Assembly: GCA_021650915.1 (NCBI GenBank)
Contig: CP091279.1
Location: 3,510,001 to 3,542,000 of the forward strand
From: Candidatus Brocadia sp.
GTDB taxonomy: Bacteria > Planctomycetota > Brocadiia > Brocadiales > Brocadiaceae
Direction: 5' to 3'
DNA: 32,000 nucleotides
Below, in pieces: positions 26,546 through 32,000 of the stretch (positions within the stretch are counted from its first letter, which is position 1; every line of letters starts with the position of its first letter). The position numbers were made by a program, and so were the translations under genes. The notes below the pieces were generated by a model that saw only the letters and a program-made list of their open reading frames with translations, searched no databases and had not been told where the DNA came from.

Positions 26546-27964
26546 TTGAACAAAAATATGCACCAGGACATCCTTAGGTCAATCCCATCGGTCAATGAAC
26601 TCCTAGCGTCACCAGATATATCAAAATTTACTGGCAGGTATCCGAGGCTGCTTGTTGTTGAGACAATACGTGCAGTTTTGGAAAATATTCGTCAATCCCT
26701 GACGAATAAAAAAGAATGCGCCGAGGCACAGGCAATTGATCTGTCTCCACAAAGACTTTACCACCTTGTTCAAGAATCCCTCCGGCAAAAATTCTGTGGC
26801 ATCGAACATGCCATCAATGCAACGGGGATCATCCTTCACACCGGACTTGGCAGGGCGCCCCTTGCGGATGAGGCTGCAAGGCAGATACAGAACGTCTTAA
26901 AGGGTTTCTGTACCCTGGAAATTGAGAAGCTGAACGGGAGAAGAGGGGTTCGATATCAGTCTATTGAACAACTCGTTGGTATGATTACGGGGGCAGAGTC
27001 GGCACTCGTGGTTAACAACAATGCCGCTGCCGTCTTATTGGCATTAGATACCCTGGCCAGAGGCAAGGAGGCTATCATTTCGCGTTCCCAGCTTGTGGAA
27101 ATTGGCGGGTCGTTCCGCATGCCCGATGTTATGGCCAGAAGCGGAGCGCTCTTGGTTGAAGTAGGGACTACCAACAAGACGTATCTCACCGACTATAGCA
27201 ATGCCATTACCGAGCGAACCGGACTCTTGTTGAAGGTGCATCAAAGCAACTTCAAAATCGTGGGTTTTACCGAAACGGTAGGTTTGAAAGACCTTGTTTC
27301 TTTGGGGAAAGAGCGTAATATTCCGGTAGTGTATGACCTGGGAAGCGGCGCTTTGATTGACCCGGAAAGATTTGGCTTGCCTCATGAGCCGACTGTGCAG
27401 GAAAGCATAAAGGCGGGGGTGGATATCGTCACGTTCAGCACGGACAAATTATTGGGTGGCCCTCAGGGTGGCATTATTGCCGGGAAAAAGAAATGGGTTG
27501 ACCTGTTGAAAAAGAATCCACTGACCCGTGCACTCCGTGTGGGGAAATTGACCATCGCAGCGCTGGAAGCGACATTAAGACTGTATCTGGACGAGGAACT
27601 TGCTGTAAAAAAAAATCCCGTCCTTGCCATGATGTTTGCTCCGCTTGAGATAATAGAAGAAAGGTGCAAAAAATTAATAAGCAAAATAACTCCAGAAGCA
27701 AAGGCTCTCATGAACATTTCCACGGTGGAAGGTCTTTCAGAGATGGGTGGAGGCTCGCTGCCGGGTGAAGGGATTCCCACAAAGCGCATTTCACTCCTTC
27801 CGGAAAGAATAAATGCGGATGAATTAGCCACACGACTGCGGGGTAACACCCCCCCAATTTTTGCAAGGATTGAGCAAGACCGTGTGCTTCTTGATATGCG
27901 TACGGTGTATGACAACGAAGTTGACACGATTGCCGTGGCATTAGAAAATATATGCAGTTCTTAA
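26546..27964 (+). CDS. selA: L-seryl-tRNA(Sec) selenium transferase
   Basis: LRSIPSVNELL at the N-terminus, INATGIILHTGLGRAPL, and the PLP-lysine region VTFSTDKLLGGPQGGII. TTG start at 26546, or ATG at 26558. Confidence 0.9.
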   Translation: MNKNMHQDILRSIPSVNELLASPDISKFTGRYPRLLVVETIRAVLENIRQSLTNKKECAEAQAIDLSPQRLYHLVQESLRQKFCGIEHAINATGIILHTGLGRAPLADEAARQIQNVLKGFCTLEIEKLNGRRGVRYQSIEQLVGMITGAESALVVNNNAAAVLLALDTLARGKEAIISRSQLVEIGGSFRMPDVMARSGALLVEVGTTNKTYLTDYSNAITERTGLLLKVHQSNFKIVGFTETVGLKDLVSLGKERNIPVVYDLGSGALIDPERFGLPHEPTVQESIKAGVDIVTFSTDKLLGGPQGGIIAGKKKWVDLLKKNPLTRALRVGKLTIAALEATLRLYLDEELAVKKNPVLAMMFAPLEIIEERCKKLISKITPEAKALMNISTVEGLSEMGGGSLPGEGIPTKRISLLPERINADELATRLRGNTPPIFARIEQDRVLLDMRTVYDNEVDTIAVALENICSS

Positions 27965-28056
27965 GAAAAGAGTATTGTTCAAATTTCCCTTTTTATTATG
28001 AGACTATTTGATACAATTACGTTGGTAAATCAACCTTTTTCTACCGAGAGGCATAT

Positions 28057-28404
28057 ATGGATGTTTATGAAGAGGTGAAACAGGCATTACAGGACATTGT
28101 AGTGCCGGAACTAAAGGCACTGCAGGTCGAGATAAGGCGTCTTGATGAGAAAATTGATTCGTTAGACGAAAGATTAAATGCACGTATAGATTCACTGGAC
28201 AAAAGTGTAAATGCACATATAGACTCGCTGGACAAAGGCTTAAATGCACGCATGGATTCGCTAAAGGCAGAAATAACTACAGAGATAAAACGGTTGGACG
28301 AAAAAATAGATATTGCCATTCAGATAAGGGAACGACTTGCAGCCATTGAAGGCAGATTTGAAGAACGTGAAAGAAGGCGCTCACCCGCAAAGACAAAAAA
28401 ATAA
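28057..28404 (+). CDS. Small coiled-coil protein with hendecad (11-aa) repeats, function unknown
   Basis: IDSLDERLNAR / IDSLDKSVNAH / IDSLDKGLNAR / MDSLKAEITTE, flanked by RRLDEKID and KRLDEKID. Basic C-terminal tail. Confidence 0.6.
   Translation: MDVYEEVKQALQDIVVPELKALQVEIRRLDEKIDSLDERLNARIDSLDKSVNAHIDSLDKGLNARMDSLKAEITTEIKRLDEKIDIAIQIRERLAAIEGRFEERERRRSPAKTKK
28153..28284 (+). repeat. Four tandem 33-bp units (the last degenerate) encoding the hendecad repeats
   Basis: Units at 28153-28185, 28186-28218, 28219-28251 and 28252-28284, in frame within the CDS. Confidence 0.85.
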
Positions 28405-28498
28405 TATAACCAATGTCTGTTCCGCAAGAAATACTTGTGTTGGTCGTGCGATTTGACAACAATCTCAAGTCATACTGTCCCGGCACATCCTCCTAAGC

Positions 28499-28553
28499 GG
28501 GTTCACGTTTGCCTGCCTGTGCGTGGCCGCACGCAGGCAGGCAACTTGAACCC
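28499..28553. other. Long GC-rich imperfect hairpin (about 22 bp of pairing)
   Basis: GGGTTCA-cgt-TTGCCTGCCTG-TGCG-tggc-CGCA-cg-CAGGCAGGCAA-ct-TGAACCC read directly. It lies about 95 nt downstream of the coiled-coil CDS stop. No U-tract. Confidence 0.5.
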
Positions 28554-28684
28554 AATAATTTGATCCATCCGTTGGTTTTAATTTCCTGAGGTTATTGGCT
28601 AACATTAAGTATTTTATTCGTAATTGAGCCGGATAATAATGCCGTACTGGTTTTATCTGGATCTGAGAAAAAGAAAGAAACTTC

Positions 28685-28759
28685 GTAACACTTTAGTTCT
28701 TTGAAAAATTAACAAGCGATTTTGCAAGCAAACCCAGAAGGCGTTTTCACCATAAGGGC
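28685..28759. repeat. Left terminal inverted repeat of the IS66-like element
   Basis: GTAACACTTTAGTTCTTTGAAAAATTAACAAGCGATTTTGCAAGCAAACCCAGAAGGCGTTTTCACCATAAGGGC. Confidence 0.85.
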
Positions 28760-30078
28760 ATTTTTTGCGCTAGCCAGAAGATTTTCCACTGGATTGATTC
28801 TTTGTAATTCAGCAGAACGAAGCAGAGACATAAGGATGGCCTGTGTCTTAGCGCCACCTCAGAGCGGTTCTGCTGTGAGACCTTTCTGGTCAATACTGGC
28901 TTTCGCATCTGTTGCTCAGCATGGTTGTTATAGGGACTGACATCCTCATGTTCCAGGAACGTAAAGAGTTCCTGTTTATGGCGGTTCAGGCGTTTGGTCA
29001 ATCTTTGTGCATCTTTATCCTGGCAGGGTGTTGCCAAAAACTGTTCAAGCCTGCAATACAGTCTATTTTTGAGCCTGAGAAAGCATGCCGGGTTTATCTG
29101 GTGCTTTTTCTCGGATAGCCGGATGGCATCCCTGAGTAATCGGGAGAGTTTTCTCCTGAAACTTTTCCATGAGACAGAATGGTTGTAGGTGTCTACTTTC
29201 ACGAGTTCCGTAAAGAGATGATAGAAACACCGCTGCTTTGCCAGTGCGCTTGTCTTGTTATAAGCGCCCCAGAAGTCGCAGATCAGGATGCCCTTGAAGA
29301 GTCTGCCTAAGAACCTTTTTATGACAGGCGACCCCCGATTCCGTGTTATAAGGTAGTAGCAGAGGGTTTTGGTGGTAAAACACCATAACCAATGGGTTTT
29401 TCCATTCAACCGCCACCCGGTTTCATCTGCGTGCAAGACGGCGCTGGTAGAGACCTTTTGTCCAATATCGTTATACTGTGGTTCCAGGAGTGTTGCAAGA
29501 GCCTTCCAGGCCTGGGTTAAACCACCGGCGCTTACGTGAAGATTGAAAAATACGGAAACCATCTTTACAAGGTTGTTTACACTGATACCGACTACGTAAT
29601 GAAGCCAGGCGGTAAAGACAACGAGGCGCAATCCGAGTCGGGCGTTTGGCAAGGCATCGGTGAGCGCGGGCTGAACGATCTTTTTGCAACAAGCACACCA
29701 GTAGCCATGAACCGTATGTTCCGTCACGACAGGGTCGACCCGGGGGATATCCTCGATGTATCGCTTATACGTTCTCACCGGCTTTTGTAATGACTGCTGG
29801 CAGTCAGGGCACCTCTCCAGGGTATGTGTCTTATAGGCAGTTATGGTTTCCGGTCGTCTTCGGGAAACCCCCTTATGTCCTGGTTTTCTGCCACAAGGTC
29901 GTTTTCTCTTTTTACGGGTAGGCTTGAGATAAGGTGGCGTCATGCCCGAAGGGGTAGTTGGGCTTGGTTTATCGCAGAGTCGGTCATACTTCTCTGCCTT
30001 CCCGGCCAGTATCAGGATGACTTGAATCGCATCCTCTCTGTTCATCTCCAGGATGGCTCGGGCTTCATCCCTGGTCAT
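28747..30078 (-). CDS. IS66-family DDE transposase (TnpC-like)
   Basis: Zinc-finger pairs CPDCQQSL...YWCACCKK, and the DDE region LHADETGWRLNGKTHWLWCFTT typical of IS66 TnpC. The start is taken at MTRDEARAIL (Met32 of the track ORF), which overlaps the upstream stop by 14 nt. Confidence 0.85.
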   Translation of the reverse strand: MTRDEARAILEMNREDAIQVILILAGKAEKYDRLCDKPSPTTPSGMTPPYLKPTRKKRKRPCGRKPGHKGVSRRRPETITAYKTHTLERCPDCQQSLQKPVRTYKRYIEDIPRVDPVVTEHTVHGYWCACCKKIVQPALTDALPNARLGLRLVVFTAWLHYVVGISVNNLVKMVSVFFNLHVSAGGLTQAWKALATLLEPQYNDIGQKVSTSAVLHADETGWRLNGKTHWLWCFTTKTLCYYLITRNRGSPVIKRFLGRLFKGILICDFWGAYNKTSALAKQRCFYHLFTELVKVDTYNHSVSWKSFRRKLSRLLRDAIRLSEKKHQINPACFLRLKNRLYCRLEQFLATPCQDKDAQRLTKRLNRHKQELFTFLEHEDVSPYNNHAEQQMRKPVLTRKVSQQNRSEVALRHRPSLCLCFVLLNYKESIQWKIFWLAQKMPLW

Positions 30079-30946
30079 GAGCAAGAAGCCTCCGGAAATT
30101 TTTCTCAAGAGGATACAGGTAGAGTTCCTTCGTCTGGCCATGATACCGATAGGTATTGCCCCGTTTTGCACTGCCTTTGGTTTTTCCTACACGGAGCCAA
30201 TTAGCTGCCTGATAGCAAGTGCCTTGAAATCGCGCGGTATCAACAAAGGTCTCCGCCAAATACACGGGATGTCCGTAGACAGCTTCCCAGTCATCTGACA
30301 AACGCTTGAGGGCAAGGGATAATACCTTGGATGCAAGGTGTTTGACCGTAACCCAGGGGGGAATGAGGAATCGCACGTTACTGGCAATTAAATGCAAGTG
30401 GGTGCGTTTGGTGGTCTCATCCCATCCGATGAAACGGTCACGGTCTTTGACCTTCCATGCTGCGCTTGCCCATCCAAGACAGGCAACGACCTGATTGCCG
30501 ATATGTACGATGTGCCTGACGTGTTCTCCAACAAGCCGGGGACATCCGAGGTAGTGGTAGTGATAGAGGAGATAACCCCAGAGGTAACTCTCTTGAGGGT
30601 CTTTTACCACCTGGATCGTCGGGATTTCATACCCGGTGATAGTGCCTCCCAGTGTGCTTTTGACAAAAAGGGGTATCTGATCAAATATCTTAGGTTTCAG
30701 ATTGTTTTTTGGTCGTATGCGGCCTGGAAGCGCTACCAGGCCCTGCTCTTCCAATCGCAGAAGGAGGTCTCGTGCCGCGTATTCTTTCAGCTTGCCATTG
30801 GGCTGCACCCAGTTCCAACTTTTGCAAAGTTCACGGGAAATATAACTCCGCCCTTTGAGAAAATAACTATCAATGAGCGCCTTGATAAAGGCTATATCGT
30901 CTGTATGCAGTTTCCGTGAACGGTATTGGAATAGTATTGGCTTCAT
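30065..30946 (-). CDS. DUF4338-like protein (the domain found in Druantia DruA), carried inside the IS
   Basis: YLWGYLLYHYHYLGCPRLVGEHVRHIV...VVACLGWASAAWKVKDRDRFIGW...NVRFLIPPWVTVKHLASKVLSLALKRLSDDWEAVYGHPVYLAETFVDTARFQGTCYQAANW matches my recollection of DUF4338 conserved blocks. Not verified by HMM. Confidence 0.7.
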   Translation of the reverse strand: MKPILFQYRSRKLHTDDIAFIKALIDSYFLKGRSYISRELCKSWNWVQPNGKLKEYAARDLLLRLEEQGLVALPGRIRPKNNLKPKIFDQIPLFVKSTLGGTITGYEIPTIQVVKDPQESYLWGYLLYHYHYLGCPRLVGEHVRHIVHIGNQVVACLGWASAAWKVKDRDRFIGWDETTKRTHLHLIASNVRFLIPPWVTVKHLASKVLSLALKRLSDDWEAVYGHPVYLAETFVDTARFQGTCYQAANWLRVGKTKGSAKRGNTYRYHGQTKELYLYPLEKNFRRLLAHDQG

Positions 30947-31020
30947 AAACAGGTTCCTTTTCTCTGAAGCCTTTTATACCACAAATGGAAAACTGACGTC
31001 AGCTTTTTTTGTATCTTAAC

Positions 31021-31095
31021 GCCCTGATGGTTAAAACGCCTTCTGGGTTTGCTTATAAAACCGCTTGTTAATTTTTCAAAGAACTAAAGTGTTAC
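31021..31095. repeat. Right terminal inverted repeat of the IS66-like element
   Basis: The reverse complement reads GTAACACTTTAGTTCTTTGAAAAATTAACAAGCGGTTTTATAAGCAAACCCAGAAGGCGTTTTAACCATCAGGGC. Confidence 0.85.
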
Positions 31096-31131
31096 AAAAA
31101 TTTATTCTTTGAACAAGTAAGGGGATTAACT

Positions 31132-31389
31132 ATGAAAACTAAAACTATCTATGAAAAAGAAATTTTAAAAGACATACAAGATTTGCCTGAGCCTATGCAA
31201 GAGAAACTCGCTAAAATTATTCGTCTTCTCAAAAAAGAGTTTGTTCTGCCTGAACTCAAAAAAAAATCTGCAACAGAAGAATTCCTTTCTGTATGTGGAA
31301 CATGGGAAGACGACAGAAGCATTGAGGAACAAATAAAGGTTATCTATTCGAGTAGAAAATCATCTACAAAAATGGAGAAGGTATTTTGA
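31132..31389 (+). CDS. Putative VapB-like antitoxin
   Basis: An 85-aa acidic/basic protein immediately upstream of a PIN gene and overlapping it (TTGA). DLPEPMQEKLAKIIRLLKKE and CGTWEDDRSIEEQIKVIYSSRK resemble antitoxins commonly paired with PIN toxins. Confidence 0.55.
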   Translation: MKTKTIYEKEILKDIQDLPEPMQEKLAKIIRLLKKEFVLPELKKKSATEEFLSVCGTWEDDRSIEEQIKVIYSSRKSSTKMEKVF

Positions 31390-31796
31390 AATATCTTCTC
31401 GATACAAATACGTGTGTTTACTTGCTCAATGGTAATGAGATTCTCAAAAGGAAGGTTGCGTAAATCGGTGTTCATTCTTTATCGATATCTAATTGCGTAC
31501 TGGCTGAATTATACTTTGGGGCTTATAATTCAAAGAGAGTTGAGGAAAATTTAGGGAGGATAGATTTATTTAAAAAGAATCTTTCTGTTTTGTTTGATAG
31601 CGAGGAATCCGCCAGACTCTTTGGAAAGATCAAAGCGGATTTAAGAACCAAAGGCACAATTATCGACGACTTTGACATTTTAATTGCCAGTATAGCTACT
31701 GCCAACAACCATATTTTAGTAACGAATAACACAGGCCATTTTGAAAGGATAGAAGGTTTAACGATACAGGATTGGTTAAGGAAGAATCCTTATTGA
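31386..31796 (+). pseudogene. vapC: VapC (PIN-domain) toxin interrupted by an in-frame TAA
   Basis: From TTG 31386 the sequence reads KYLLDTNTCVYLLNGNEILKRKVA, then TAA at 31461-31463. The same frame continues IGVHSLSISNCVLAELYFGAYNSKRVEENLGRIDLFKKNLSVLFDSEESARLFGKIKADLRTKGTIIDDFDILIASIATANNHILVTNNTGHFERI, a complete PIN fold with its acidic residues. Confidence 0.8.
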
Positions 31797-32000
31797 CATC
31801 ATCAATAGCTTTTTACTTTAATTGACCGTGACCAAAACGTGACCGACTTCATGAAAAAAGGCAGGACTCCACAGGAATCAGCAGGAAATGAAATTGTATC
31901 ATAAGTTATTTTGTTGAAAAATATTACAGTTGTAAGAGACGCACTCCCAGCCACTTATAAAGAATAACAAAAAATGCAAATTTTTGCTTCACACGCAAGG

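Larger units (their letters stand above)
28685..31095 (-). mobile_element. IS66-like insertion sequence (2,411 bp) with 75-bp terminal inverted repeats and two coupled ORFs (DUF4338 protein plus DDE transposase)
   Basis: 28685-28759 and the reverse complement of 31021-31095 match at 70 of 75 positions. Both ends start with GTAAC, and IS66-family ends typically start with GTAA. No flanking direct repeat was found (gaaacttc versus aaaaattt). Confidence 0.8.

Noticed and set aside
28153-28284. Regular 33-bp repeats, considered as a CRISPR array
   Set aside because: The units are contiguous with no spacers, in frame, and encode a coherent hendecad protein repeat. The roughly 150-bp periodicity in 1443-2576 likewise comes from RCC1 blades.
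28677-31103. 8-bp target-site duplication flanking the IS66-like element
   Set aside because: The flanks (gaaacttc and aaaaattt) do not match. The element may have inserted by recombination, or the duplication has decayed. No duplication is claimed.

Overview
32-kb bacterial chromosomal window of moderate GC. Housekeeping genes (uvrC, cinA, ilvC/ilvH, purH, trpF, selA) are interspersed with accessory and mobile DNA. The gene content (RCC1-repeat secreted protein, several sigma-54/GAF/PAS regulators, a FabF-like KAS next to a radical SAM enzyme, many IS and TA remnants) recalls Planctomycetota of the anammox type, but the sequence alone cannot confirm this. The most unusual locus is a minus-strand gene string at about 2.7-11.7 kb: REC-GAF-PAS protein, NtrC-type sigma-54 activator, radical SAM enzyme with a B12-domain-like N-terminus and CX4CX2C spacing, a translationally coupled FabF-like ketosynthase with Cys-His-Gln in place of Cys-His-His, then a multi-TM GAF-PAS histidine kinase. 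A REC/HD-GYP regulator is transcribed divergently. I read this as a candidate signal-controlled acyl-chain (lipid or polyketide-like) modification system. Other notable items: (1) a 2.4-kb IS66-like element with 75-bp terminal inverted repeats that carries a DUF4338 (DruA-like) gene coupled to its transposase, plus a 270-bp MITE-like relative 10 kb away. (2) An orphan rnfE-rnfA pair abutting ilvH-ilvC where ilvB would be expected. (3) Two toxin-antitoxin loci whose toxins are inactivated (HepT frameshift, VapC nonsense) while the antitoxins are intact. (4) A frameshifted IS1634-family transposase at the left edge, next to a truncated GNAT gene. (5) A purH leader with mutually exclusive hairpins, one of which masks the SD. 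No rRNA, tRNA or CRISPR array was found.
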